NCBI RefSeq assembly: GCF_964355755.1
Contig: NC_092680.1
Location: forward strand, 7,502,001-7,566,000
From: Antedon mediterranea
Taxonomy: Eukaryota > Animalia > Echinodermata
Direction of reading: 5' to 3'
DNA length: 64,000 bases
Part shown: one piece after another, positions 48,762 to 62,013 of the stretch
Layout of the letters: each line of letters starts with the position of its first letter
Numbering within the stretch: the first letter of the stretch is position 1
Made by a program: the position numbers and the translations under genes
Notes under the pieces: model-generated
Databases searched by the model: none
The model's input: only the letters and a program-made list of their open reading frames with translations
What the model was told of the DNA's origin: nothing

Positions 48762-49295
48762 TTTTCGCTAGTACCATCTACTGACATCAAGTCGAAGGAT
48801 AGAAGTGTACCACTGAGAAAATTAATGTTTATTCATAAAATTTTCAAATAAATAATTTTATATTTACAAAATTCTTTTTTATAATAAAAGTTAAGCACAA
48901 CCGAGTAGTGAGGATATCACCAAATCATTGGCGTTTATTTTTACAGTAGAACCTCTCCTTTGGGACACCCAGGAGACACCTCTATTAAGGGACACTTTCC
49001 CGTCAACGAGGGGGGTTTACAAAAGCAACCCTGAATCCTCCCTTGTTTTTCAAGAGGGTCAGATCTATCATTTATCTATTTATTACTGTTGTTTAGTTGG
49101 CAGAACATAAACAAAGAACTCAAATAAGCAAATACATTGATCGCAAAGTTAATGACAGACCATCAGACCACCGAAAAAGAGTCATGGAAACGATTAGCAT
49201 ACGGATGATGATGATGTATTTAAATCACTGTGCTGTAGACATACTCTTAATCAGTTTTACTTTTTAGTGACCTTTTATCTCGCCTCGGCTACTCA

Positions 49296-49595
49296 GCTTA
49301 GCAACACCAGGACCAATAGCTTAGCAACACCAGGACCAATAGTGTAGCAACACCAGGACCAATAGCTAAGCACACCAGGACCAATAGTGTAGCAACACCT
49401 AGACCAATAGTGTAGCAACATCTGGACCAATAGCTAAGCACCCCAGTACCAATAGCTAAGCACGCCAGGACCAATAGTGTAGTAACACCTGGACCAATAG
49501 TGTAGCAACACCTGGGCCAATAGCTTAGCAACACCAGGACCAATAGCTTAGCAACACCAGGACCAATAGCTTAGCAACACCAGGACCAATAGCTT
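49296..49595. repeat. 22-23-bp minisatellite, ~13 copies
   Basis: Unit AGCTTAGCAACACCAGGACCAAT and variants. Confidence 0.93.
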
Positions 49596-50314
49596 ATAAC
49601 TTATAAACATGATTTTTACATCAAGGTTTTTAACAAATAGTTTCATTAGTTTTTTTCCCTAACAAATATAGTTTTGCTTTGTCTCTATATACACACACTA
49701 ATTACAGGAGCATTATGTAAGTATGTACACGCATAAGAAACAATAAATAGTTTCTCTTCTTTTATACGATTTGGCCACCATGAAAAGATATGCAGTTAAT
49801 ATTTGGTTGCAATACGTAAAAACATAAAATAGTTGAAATACATACAAAAAAATAATGGTAATCACAGTAATTTGTTATTTTTCAACATAAATGGAATTTG
49901 GCAGACGAAAACAATAAAAAATTATCTCATTAGCTAAAGAAATAGACAAATCTCAAGAATAATACAAACATATTGTTTCTGTCAATACTGACAAATTGCT
50001 GCATATCTCATTGTGGATTCTAGGTAAGTTTGTGTAGTATGAAATTATCATTATATTATTAGAAAAGAAAATGAAGAATTCTTTAAATTGGTCCCCAAGG
50101 CAAACGTTATATTCTTTCTAATTCCTGGTGGTCCAAGCGAGACTTAACCCGCAATATGACTTTGTTCATTCAACTTTGAAATTATTATTTCATTCCAAAT
50201 CAGATACGTTTGGTTTGTTCTTTATTCCCTAATCACTTTCATTTTCCATATTGTCATTTCTCTAAGCAGCTTTCTAAAAGATTTAACCTTTCTTTTTCTT
50301 TACTTTAAAAGCAA

Positions 50315-53300
50315 TCACAGTGTACCTGGCATTTGAATCCATTTCATCGTTCCATCAACACCGCATGAATAAATGTGACTGTTCGACATTACAGTTATTT
50401 GGATAACGCCGCTTCCAGTTTGTCGGAAGAACGTGTTTCTTGCATGTTGCCCTGGTAACGAGTAGCGAAGGTTGTGAACAGACAATCCCCAAACCTAAAC
50501 AAAACAAAAACCAAGTTTTTAAATTTTCTTGACTTAATATGGCAAAAAAAATTTCACCTCTAACGAAAGGTGTGATGTATTTCCATTACGTGATCGGAAG
50601 CATAAAATAGATTTTTTTAATGATTTCCTATAATTCATAATCAATTAATGGAAGCATCTGTTGTTTCGTTTATTTTTCTAATTTGTTTGATGAAGCATGA
50701 CGACACGATCGCATGGTCAACAAGGCAGTTCAATTTGTCAAATATGTAATTGAACAATGCAACAAGTAAACATAACTTAGTTTAGTGTTTTTTTTTATTA
50801 TGTTTCATGATTATTTTGTTTTTATATAGTGAGCTACTGTAATATATATATATATGTACTTAATATTAAATTTAACTAAAAACCATTGTCTGACAGAAAA
50901 TTAGTCTAATTTTGCATATAATTGCAGTTTTTCAGGTAAATAACTTTTTTTTCAGATCCAATGTTTGGTCAATGTAAAAAACTATTATGGGACATTAAAA
51001 TGGCATATTCAACAACAAAATATTTTTCAGGGGGACAATATTTTATATTTTATGTATTTTGTGTTTCTATCTCAAATACACACTGGATGAATCAAGCGGC
51101 TCTCTCATCTGATTATATTCAGACAATTTACTATCATCCAAATTGTTTATCAGTTCTTGATAATTGACATAATTGCTTTAAAATCCCTAGACTCTGTTTA
51201 CAATACTAGCTGTTGACTTTTCTCAGTATTTGTGTATCTGACGGACAACTACTTCATATAAAAAATGCATGAAATAGATCACATCTATAATTGGCAAAGC
51301 TAGCTTGCACTTTGTTTGACTAATTAAGAATGTTACTGCATATTAAAGATTCAACTATATGAACTACTGTACTGTAAATTATACTTGTAATAACCTAATT
51401 AATCAAATAAAATTAACGCGCATCATTCTCCCGGACACTAGACCTGTCATTTATCTCCAGGCACAGGTCATAAATATCAAGTTCAGGGAATCTCAAGCCT
51501 AGAGAAAAGCTAAGATGGGAATCTCAAGCCTAGAGAAGCTAAGATGAGAATCTCAAGCCTAGAGAAGCTACCATTTGAGAATCTCAAGCCTGCAGTATAG
51601 AGAAGCTAAGACTTTCAAAGAATCTTTCATCTTATTACATTTTATAAACAAAGACATCTATCACTTATTGTAAATTAGATACCATATGTTCAAGCAATCA
51701 AACTTCATGACACTTAGCTACATAATTCTAAATAATGTGATATTAACAGAAGGTATTGTTTATAACACATAGTATACTTGGTACACTCAAGCAAAAACAG
51801 GCATAAGTTGGAATTTTCAAAATTGAGATTTTCACAAATACTGAAAATACATGATCCAAGACTTAAAATACTGAAAAAATATATCTTGATACCATGTTAA
51901 CTTCCAGAGATGTCACAGTCAAAAGTTTTGGTTGTACAATCAGTGTTTTGAGAAAAATGCTTTTAACTACCGTAATTAACTAACATGAAATGACAAATAC
52001 AATTAAAAAAACCAGAGCGTTTAAGTTTACATCTTAGTAAAAGGGTATTCTAATTGTTGTATTTCAATGAAACTTTGCACCTTTGTTCATTAACTATTGT
52101 TCTATTATTATGCTCAATTTTGATTAAAAACAACCCATGAGAACATTTTCAATTTAGTGTAAGCATAAAACATGAAATGAAAATCATACACAAATTACTC
52201 CATTTTTTAAGACGACACAAAATGTTAAAATTCCTGCATCTAAATTAGAAAAACACCTATGTAACTTATGTCTGATTTTGCTTGAGTGTGATTAAGAAAC
52301 AAAAGATGCTATAGCAATCATTCCTACGTATTTATTATTCATTGTGGATACTTGCATTTGTTACGCTTACTGAAGATAAATCATACACAATTTACACCAT
52401 TTTTTAACCAACAGATGACACAAAATGTTAAATTTCCTGCGTCTAAATTAGAAAAACACCTATGTGACTTATGTCTAATTTCGCTTGAGTGTGATTAAGA
52501 AACAAAGAAGCTATAGCAATCATTCCTACGTATTTATTATTCATTGCGGATACCTGCATTTGTTACGCTTACTGAAGAATAAAAAAAATACTATGCAATC
52601 GCTCTTGTAAATCACAAAAATTTAAGTGGTTCAATGATAAGTCTTGTCTTCGTATCAAGCTGGACTTCTTGGTTGTTACTAGATTTATGTTAAATTAAGT
52701 TTTCAATCTTTTATATATTTGCACAATTTGTGTGTAGAAAATATACAAACAAACTATATTTGTTATTATGCATCCAACAGTGAGAAACCATTACAGGATG
52801 AATAAACTATTTAATAATTTATTTTTGAATTTTTTTTATTACACCTTATTTATAGAGGGTGACCCTAAACAGCGTATGCTGACAATCAAGGGGCCCTCTT
52901 GATGAGGACAGTGGCTGTGTGTATACTAGTACACCGGGGTAACCCCCTACTTGTCTTAAAAGATGTACTAGGTTCTTTAAACCTATGGCTTATAGTCCTT
53001 ATCCGAGAAGACTACCACCAGAACCATGGAGCGAGTGAGGTTCGAACCCTTGCCGATGTTTATATGGCAAGGTATTACAGTTCCACTGTCTTAACCGCTT
53101 GGCCACTCGCTGCTTATCATGCTTTATACTAGTCCCATTTGAGGCTTAAGGAGTGGAGTTGGCACTAGGTCAGGATTAAACCCTGAACCTTGGGATTGGA
53201 AGGTAAAGGGTGTTAACCACCAAGCTACAGTTCCACTACCATTACAATATAAAAAGAAGTATAATTATATGAAGCATACCTTAATATTGCCTTCTGCTGA

Positions 53301-56300
53301 TCCTGTGAGAAAGAAGTCTTCATTAGGATCTACTGCTATACATTTGATACCTGAATCATGTGCCGTGAAAGAATGTCGTAGTTTTCGTTGTCTTATGTCA
53401 AAGATCGCAACCTCGCCTTTCTTGTTACCGGTGATTAGACTTTGTTGGTTGGGACAGTATGCGATAGAGGGACAACCGCCATCATGGCAGCTAAAACCTA
53501 AAGATGACAAGAAAAACTGTACACAGTTTTGTAGACTACAATAATTACAAAGAAGATACAATCAATCTCTTTGAAGACTGGAAATGCTTCCAAAATCAGA
53601 CTTCTCTTGACGACCAAAAGGTCGGACATATTAAGATAGCCCAAGGGTGTCTGGTATTGGGAGAGTTGACTATACATACTTGATCTTTGGATTTGTAAAA
53701 TATAGTCTTAATGGAAATCATTGATCTATATACATTTTAATAAAAATAAGTAATAAAATAAAAAATACAGACCGAGTCAATTCTTTTAAAATCAGACAAT
53801 ATTCAGCTATCAAAAATGTTTTAAGGAATGCATTACAGATTTTGGGGTTTTAATTAGTTGAGGAATAATTTTCCATCATTTAATATTATTATTTATTAGA
53901 GCATTATACATAAAATTAACATAATCTTGCAATAAGCATTCATCACCTTCCATAGACCATACTAAAAATATAAATGCTGTTAACAGTAAATGATTAATGA
54001 TGACACTGCTGCAAAGTGCTGCCATTGTATAAGATTATGAATTAATTCCAACTAATTTCAAATGAGAATAATAGAATTAGCACACAAAGTTCAAATTAAG
54101 TGGGATATTCATAATACAAAATTAGAACTACACAAATATAGTCCAGGCAGGACCATTAAAAATGTTTTTTGTTTGAATTTATTCCAAGTGGGATTATTGT
54201 GTATATAGGCCACACATACAGTTGTATTATGTTTCTCTGTATTCACTGTGTATATGTGTTTATTTCTACTACACATTCTTTTTCACTTCATTTGTGTAAA
54301 TTATAAATCGATATGATTATTGTATTTATGAAATGTACTAATTGTTTCCTTGTTGTACAATAGTATAATGATTAAAACAAACACACAGGTGTAATACAGT
54401 TTAAATCCAACACTTCCTGATAGGTGGGTGTAAGAGTATTTGCAGTGTGTATTAAGACATTTTAGAGTGGGCGATTTGTTCACAGTTGACTCCTACCACA
54501 TAAGATATATACATTTGTTTTCTAACATTTTAAATATTTACAATATACACTATTTCTATGGGAAACAAAATCACAGGGGAACTTCCCTATTGTATTTTTA
54601 GATATATAGCTATTATATTTATTCTATTTAAAATGTAATTCTAAATGTATTTCAATATGTCAGTATACCATACGAGAGTGATATGACACGTTGTAATTGT
54701 TTTTTTAGTTTTTCATTTATCTGTTTTTGTATGTCTCAGAGCAAACATAATTTCTATGTATATTTTATATGCAAATGACAATAAATGGAAGTAATTTTCC
54801 ACTGATGAATGAATGAATGAATAATAAAAAAATGTTATGCATCTCTTGGTTGTTAGTGTTACAGCAACCAAACATGATAAATTCATTCAATTATTTAAAT
54901 TTATTACTAAACTAGTGTTTTCTCAACTTTTGAAACATACCATGTATACATGCTTTCTTCTTTGGCATCAGAGTGTCCCACAGACTGACATTCTTATTCT
55001 CAGTTGATAACCCTGCTGTTGCTAATAGGCTACATGATCCCATGAATGTAAAATCCGATACTGTTTTATTGTGGCATTGTAGTGTCTGTGAATGGAGAAT
55101 TATCAGAAAATTATGGAAACAAACTATATAACGAAATTGTTTTGTTCTGATTGAGAAAATTAGGATTAGACTGTCTGCAGACCATGAATAAGGAATAGGG
55201 GCTGAGATGGACCAGTACACAAAGGTAACCTCATATTCTTGCAAAAGACACACTGGGTTCACAAACCAGATGTGTCCAATGAACCTACAGTTTTAAATCC
55301 TTTTGCAATAAAGGCTTGTTCTACAGTACAACCAGAACTATATGCGAGGATAGCCTTGAACCTGTACCGATTTAATAGCTATGGTTTATCAAGGCTCTAT
55401 TTTAACTAACCAATATACTAAATATAATATTAAATAAATAAAAACAAATCAAAACATTAAGGATCAATATAATAATTTGCCTATTTATTATTAATACATT
55501 GGTGAATATAATAGCTGAAATTTAATAAAATACATAATAACCAACAAACCAAATAAAATATTGTTTTTTTTTTAAAAATTAAAGTTACATATCTATGAGT
55601 GAGTAAATATATATTATTATATATATAAGCTGATTATATTAAAGATCAATCAATTTTATAATTACTATATACAGTACAGTATGTAGAAACACATGATCGA
55701 GTATAATCCTACCTCCTAATCCATGGGACTATAGTCATGGTAGTAAGTATTTAAAATAACATTTTAATTGTTATTTAAAAGTATCAATTGGGTAAATTAG
55801 TGATAATCATTGTTAAAAAATGTTCAATGTCATTCTCAGGCCCATGGGACTATAGTCAGGCATGGTAAAAAGTATTTAAAATATCATTTAAATATCAATT
55901 AGGTCCTGATAAATTAGTGATAATCATCGTTAAACAATTGTTGAATGACTGGACTTACAAGGAACGGTTTGGTGACAGATGGCGAGTTCATTCCCACTTG
56001 CCAAAGACAGAGTTGTCCGCTATCGTCACAAACACCAAACTGAGAAAGTAAAATATAACACATTATATCTTTTGTTTCAAGTTAAACATAGAAAATGCCA
56101 ATTATGCTTAAATACTGTTAATGTACAATGGTTCAAATTTAATTATTTGGGCCTGATCTAGCGTGTTTACACTTGCGTTCCAAATGGCAGCTCTGACAAT
56201 TTATTCACCTTATTTTCTTAAGCTATTGGTCACAGTTCACTGAACAAGCCGGCCCAAATGTAAGTCACTCCTGGGCCCATCTCAAGAGGTAGTCCAGGTT

Positions 56301-59300
56301 GGCATCCGGCCCAGAGTCGACCTAACTTTAGTGTATATTGGTCTTAAGATTTCAATAAAATTACTATTTTAGGTGTCATTGAGTTTAAATAAAACCTACT
56401 AACCAAACTTTAACATTCAATACCATAACAAACAAAAAACCCATACCTTATTGCCTTGTACATTAAAATGGAGTTGGGTAACTTTAGGGAATTGTCCAGG
56501 TGGCCGATGCATGTAAATCCTCTGGGAATGACCCCATTCCCACATGGAAACACTACCATCCTGGGATCCACTAATATCTACAAGTCAAAAACAAGCAAAC
56601 ATAAATAAAAGCTTCATTCATTTCAAACATGCATACATTAAATCACAAAAATTCTATTGTATAATATATTGAGTATATGTAATATAGGACAAGGCAGAAA
56701 AAGGAAAACATAATGAAATATGATCAAATAAACTGTTTTTAAGTTAATAATGGAACTTTGAGATTGTGAATTATAAAAAACAAAGCAGTAAGAAATTAAT
56801 TATTACAAACTGGCTATAAAAAAATATACCGTGCGTAGAAGAAAAATAAGTGAGAGTTAACCTGAGGACCTAAGCAAACAACTCATCAATCAACACATTT
56901 ACTAACACAGTCAATAAGTGTATTTCGTAACTACATTTAACTAATATAACAGAATAAATATGAACGGCATTGCTGCTGCAAGTTTTATATAAACACATTG
57001 AAAGGTCTGTGACATAATAATCAACATTGTATATTGAAATTAATAGTGAAGGATAATGAAGATACTTACAGTAAGGAAGTGTCGGGTGAGATGAAAGACG
57101 CCTAATATGATATGTTGGCCGTCTTGAAATCTAAAAATAAACCATGCAGATAATTTACAACACAGCTATCATATTATTATAATGCATAGTTATGAAAAGG
57201 ATTGTTAACCAAAAGCTGTAACCGCCACATTGACTATGACTACTAACCATTTTTTATCATAATTCTAAAGATACATTTACCGTTTTTATTGTTAAGAAGA
57301 AGGATTTGAGGGGGGCGTTTATTTAGGGGAGGTGTATATTTTTTTTGGTGTAATATGGTAACATGTACAATCAAATAAATACCCCCTAGATATGAAAAAA
57401 TACAACACAATTCATATCTAGAAGTGATAAAATTCTGTAAAAATTGTTTGGTAAATTGTAGATCATGTCAATAAATGAATTCTATTATAGATAGAAATAA
57501 AGGCCATGGAATATTTATTCAAAATGATGTAGGTCTATAAATAAATAACCTATTTTAAAATGTGAGACCAATTTAAAATTAAACACAATTTCTCAGGGTT
57601 TTCGTAATACAATTATTCTTTTATGAATTGTAATAAATTACCATTCCCTAACATATAGAGTAACATAGTATTTACATGAACATTCTAGAATAAGATGTTT
57701 TGATTTAAGAACAATCAGGAACATTGCAGTATTCTATTAATAGAAACTGTAATCCAATAGAATAAGAAGTATAAAGAATGATCTAGAAGGATAGGAACAT
57801 CTTGTATATAAAGGGATGTAAAACTATTGTAAGGTTGTTGGATTAGAGGTTGGATATTATATTGTAAAAGTTATTGTGAAGCTGTTGTTTAAAGTGCTTA
57901 CTGGATTGTTGAAAGTTGAAGTTGATTGAAATTAAAGCTTTGTTTTTTAGTTAATTTACAACTTTGTGGATTTTGTGTGTTTACTCTTATGTCACAAGGG
58001 AGTTCCGAAAGTATTTTCAACCACTCGGAAACATACGTAAAAGGAGTTCGTGACATAATAGAGCATAAAGCTATAAATAGAGCCATAACAAACAAACTAA
58101 AGCCTTATAAAACCTACTTTAAAATTAGATCCACAAAGAATGACAAAACAGGATATATATTACTGTACTACATTTAGTGCTACTGTAACTCCCATACAAA
58201 ACACCTCCACTGGTCCAAAATATCAGCTTTTCAATAGGTCTGAGACAGTTTTGAACCTTAAAGCTATTTCTACAATATAACATTAGTTTGACAAAAAAAA
58301 ATGTGATGTGCCCAAATATGGTAGTGATATGACATTATCACGTCCATATACGGGCACTTTTGTCACATCAAGTTGGATAGTGTAGACAGAGCTTAAGAAA
58401 AGACTGGTTTTGTCGTTTTGGGAGAGAATTAGTAGTAGCAGCAGTATCAATATTACTAGCAGCAGCAATAGTAGTAGTATGAATAGTACTACTAGTAGCA
58501 ATAGTAGCAGCAACAATAGTAGTAGTACCAGTAACAATAGCAGGAACAAAACAGGAGCAGTGATAGTAGCAGTAGTAGAAACAGGAACAGCAGCAGCAGT
58601 AGTAACAGCAGCATCAGCAGGAATAGTAGTAGCAACAGTAGTAGTAGTAGTAGTAGTAGTAGAGGTAGTAGTAGTAGTAGCAACAGTAGTAGTAGCAGCA
58701 GTAGTAGTAGTAGCAACAGTAGTAGTAGCAGCAGTAGTAGCAACAGTAGTAGTAGTAACAGTAATAGCAGTATTAGCATTAGTATTAGTAGTAGCACCAG
58801 TAGTAGCAGCAGCAGTCAAAGCAACAGTAGTAGTAGTGGTAGCAGCAGCAGCAGTAGTAGAAGCAGCAGTAGTAGTAGCAGCAGTAGTAGCAACAGTAGT
58901 AGTAGTAACAGTAATAGCAGTATTAGCATTAGTATTAGTAGTAGCACCAGTAGTAGCAGCAGCAGTCAAAGCAACAGTAGTAGTAGTAGTAGCAGCAGCA
59001 GTAGTAGTAGTAGAAGCACCAGTAGTAGCAGCAGCAGCAGCAGTAGTAGTAGTAGCAGCAGTAGTAGCAACAGTAGTAGTAGTTGCAGCAGCAGCAGTAA
59101 ATAGTAGTAAGCAGCAGTAAATAGTAGCAGCAGCAGTAATAGCAACCGTAGTAGTGGTAGCAGCAGCAGCAGTAGTAGCAGCAGCAGCAATAGGAGTAGT
59201 AGTATAGTAGTAGAGGTAGTAGTTTTAGTAGCAGCAGCAGTAGTAGTAGTAGCAGCAGCAGTAGTAGTAGCAGTAGTAGTAGCAGTAGCAGCAATAGTAT

Positions 59301-59698
59301 TAGTAGTAGCAGTAGCAGCAGCAGCAGCAATAGTAGTAGTAGTATAGTAGTAGAGGTAGTAGTTTTAGTAGCAGCAGCAGTAGTAGTAGTTTTAGTAGCA
59401 GCAGCAGCAATAGTAGAAGTAGTAGTAGTAGTATAGTAGTAGAGGTAGTAGTTTTAGTAGCAGCAGCAGTAAATAGTATCAGCAGCAGTAGCAGCGGTAG
59501 TAGCAATATAAAGTGAAAAGTAAGAATTTATGTGTACATGAATTACGTACGACATTTGTACCCCTGCCTGTTTGTAGATTCTGACCATCTAGTAGGCCAG
59601 GCAGGAGAGACAGTCCCATAGTGTTAGCATTTGGTATTGATGCACTTCGTTCAGTTGAGTGATGTACCATTAGAAACTCATCTTCTGCTACAGTCGCT
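50315..59698 (-). CDS. DMXL2: DmX-like protein / Rabconnectin-3 alpha, C-terminal WD40 region (last 7 exons; gene continues beyond the window)
   Basis: Exons 59551-59698, 57070-57130 (IRRLSSHPTLPY), 56447-56577 (YISGSQDGSVSMWEW..FNVQGNK), 55959-56039, 54941-55085 (NVSLWDTL), 53280-53497 (FDIRQR..AHDSGIK..TGSAEGNIK), 50315-50494 (YSCGVDGTMK..TGA). Probably co-orthologous to DMXL1 and DMXL2. Confidence 0.92.
51488..51611. repeat. ~30-bp tandem repeat x4
   Basis: Unit GAATCTCAAGCCTAGAGAAGCTAAGATG. Confidence 0.85.
52181..52577. repeat. ~195-bp tandem duplication
   Basis: AAATCATACACAA..GTTACGCTTACTGAAGA occurs twice at high identity. Confidence 0.88.
52845..53113 (-). mobile_element. tRNA-derived SINE; a second tRNA-like SINE head lies at ~53135-53235
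   Basis: Minus strand: A box TGGCCAAGCGG, B box GGTTCGAACC, then AGTCTTCTCGGATAAGGACTATAA core and an A-rich tail. Confidence 0.78.
58430..59505. repeat. Compound (AGT)n/(AGC)n microsatellite in a DMXL intron
   Basis: About 1.1 kb of mixed AGT/AGC/AAC triplets with internal block duplications. Confidence 0.95.
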
Positions 59699-61833
59699 CT
59701 GAAAAATAGATACAAATATTTATTCATTGAGGCTTGACGACCTACGTCGATTTTATTGAATTAAGTGTTAAAAGGATTGGAACATTTAAAAATAAATCCC
59801 CCAAATTATGCAGATTATTTTTATAAGGCGTCAATCTAGACTTAAATGTTAAATTTTAAATGAATAAACCATTAACAGTAGGTAATTCTTTTGTCACACC
59901 CCCAACTACACTTTCTCATTAACCTACTCTGTATAAAAATAGCTCCGGCTTTAACATTTTATAAATTGATAAAAATCAATGTTGCCCTTATCTTGTAACA
60001 TTACAACAAATCTTGTAGCACCACTGGGACTCATTGTATTTCACGACACTTTATTTACTTCTCTATCTTAAAATAAATGCGGTTATTACAATACAATATT
60101 ATTTATTGTCATTTTAATAAGGTTCAAATGAAATTTGGTTGGTTTAGATTTTAACATCCAATATATAATGAATAAAAAAAAAGCAATATTGTCGCAAATT
60201 TTATATTTTATAATAAACAATCAACATTTTTAATTCTTAGAGAGATATATATTAAGATATTCACTTTATTCAGATAATTAAATAATAAAATAAATAAAAA
60301 CTACAAATACTGGACAAAGTATGAGATGGATAAAAATGTGATAGCGTTTATATAAAAAGGGAGTGTGTGTGTGTGGGGATAAAAAAAAGAAGCTGATAAG
60401 AGTAAATCCTAAGGAATTGTGTAAAAATGAATTGTATTTAATCAAATTTTTGAATTGGTTTAATTACAATTTCATGCAATTTTTGTACGAGCACTATAAT
60501 TTCATATGCAGTATTTATTTTTATAGAGTCCACAGGAACATAACACATGATATTGATATCATTAATCTAATCTATTTAATCTGAAATAGCAGTATAGTAT
60601 TCATTTGATTACGTTCTGATGTAGTAAATCTGATTTACACAATCGGTACTTAAATCCCATAAGTCATTGCTGCTATTTATGGATACAAGCCATTTGAAAG
60701 GATTAATTAGAAATAAGTACAAAACATGAAGTGGTGAAGGGAAATGTAGAGTTAAATGATAATAAAAATAATATTAAGTTTGACATTAATTTCGCAATGT
60801 ATGGGCACAGTAATTGTTGTGTTGTGCTCATTAATATGTTTAGTAATGTACATAATTAGTTCATTGTATTTGTGTAATTTCAATTATTTCTAATTATTTT
60901 AGATAACTCAATTCGTTTTTACCTTTTTTACACTGAATTACTATTTATGTTATACTGTAGTTTTCATATTTATAAATCTTTTTATATTATATATTTTAAA
61001 GTTAATGTGTGTTTTCAATTTATATGTGATTTATGTACTATGTGGTTTGGAGTATTGGAGAGCCACTTTGATAGTGCTTGCACTGTTGGCAATCCTCACG
61101 GTACTCCATCCACGCTTGTTTGTATAATGTTGGTTTTTTTCTGTTTGTTTACCTGGAAATTGAATAAATAAAAATAAATAAATAAATACCAGTAATTACA
61201 TTGTTTTTTGTATGTATGTCTTCATTAGGCCTAATATGCTTTTATCTTTTTGTATTTTTATATGTCATAATTTTTCTTTACTATTAATCTTGTAACTGGA
61301 CCATTTTGGAAAGCAGTACTGCGTTACGGAAAATGCAATCCATTCAAAAGAAAGAATAAATAAACAAACTTTTGTCCATTCTTCTTGGACGCATTGTTTG
61401 ACACAAATGCCACAGATAGACATAGGCAAATGTAACATTTAGCATATGTAAGCCAATCTAACCTGTAATACCACATGTGACACTGTATAAAGGATTTGCC
61501 CCTGATACTGGACAGGTGAGATAGGAGATAACCCAGACCATATGTATGTTTCCTGAACTATTGAATGGAAATTGAAATTATTTGTTTGCTACAAAAAAGA
61601 GTTTTTACTTTATCAAAAATGAATCGGGTAAGTTTTTCCATATAATCACTCTATTCATCCATTAATGAATTAAAGTAAATGACTCATTAGCAAGTATGAA
61701 CTAAACTAATGTCATAAATATTAATATTACAATGTGCTAGCAAAACAAGAAAAGTGCAAACGGATCTGTACAAACTACTTAATTTATACAATATTCAAGA
61801 CACAAAATCTTCTGCAATTAAAAACACATCTAT

Positions 61834-62013
61834 CAGTGGCGTAACAGCTATGAATGCTGACTGATTAAACCCAGGGACTCCCAAGCTAAAGGGGCCTAGA
61901 GCTTAAGGGGCCCAGAGCTTAAAGGCCCCCAGAGCATGAGCACACACAATGCAACTACCCAGTATTGGAGGAGCGCTAAACCAGGGGCCTTTGACTTTTG
62001 AATTACGCCACTG
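61834..62013. mobile_element. hAT-like MITE
   Basis: TIR CAGTGGCGTAA / TTACGCCACTG; degenerate 8-bp TSD ACATCTAT / ACATAAAT. Confidence 0.75.

Noticed and set aside
49298-49543. 81-aa hydrophobic ORF
   Set aside because: Translation of the 23-bp minisatellite.
50446-50459. RFX X-box-like GTTGCCCTGGTAAC
   Set aside because: Lies in DMXL coding sequence, far from any evident promoter; probably chance.
53025-53235. Genuine tRNA genes
   Set aside because: Continuous with SINE body sequence found elsewhere in the window; imperfect arms and no poly-T terminator.
58283-59506. Thr/Ala-, Val- and Leu-rich ORFs resembling mucins or membrane proteins
   Set aside because: Triplet microsatellite open in several frames on both strands; intronic to DMXL.
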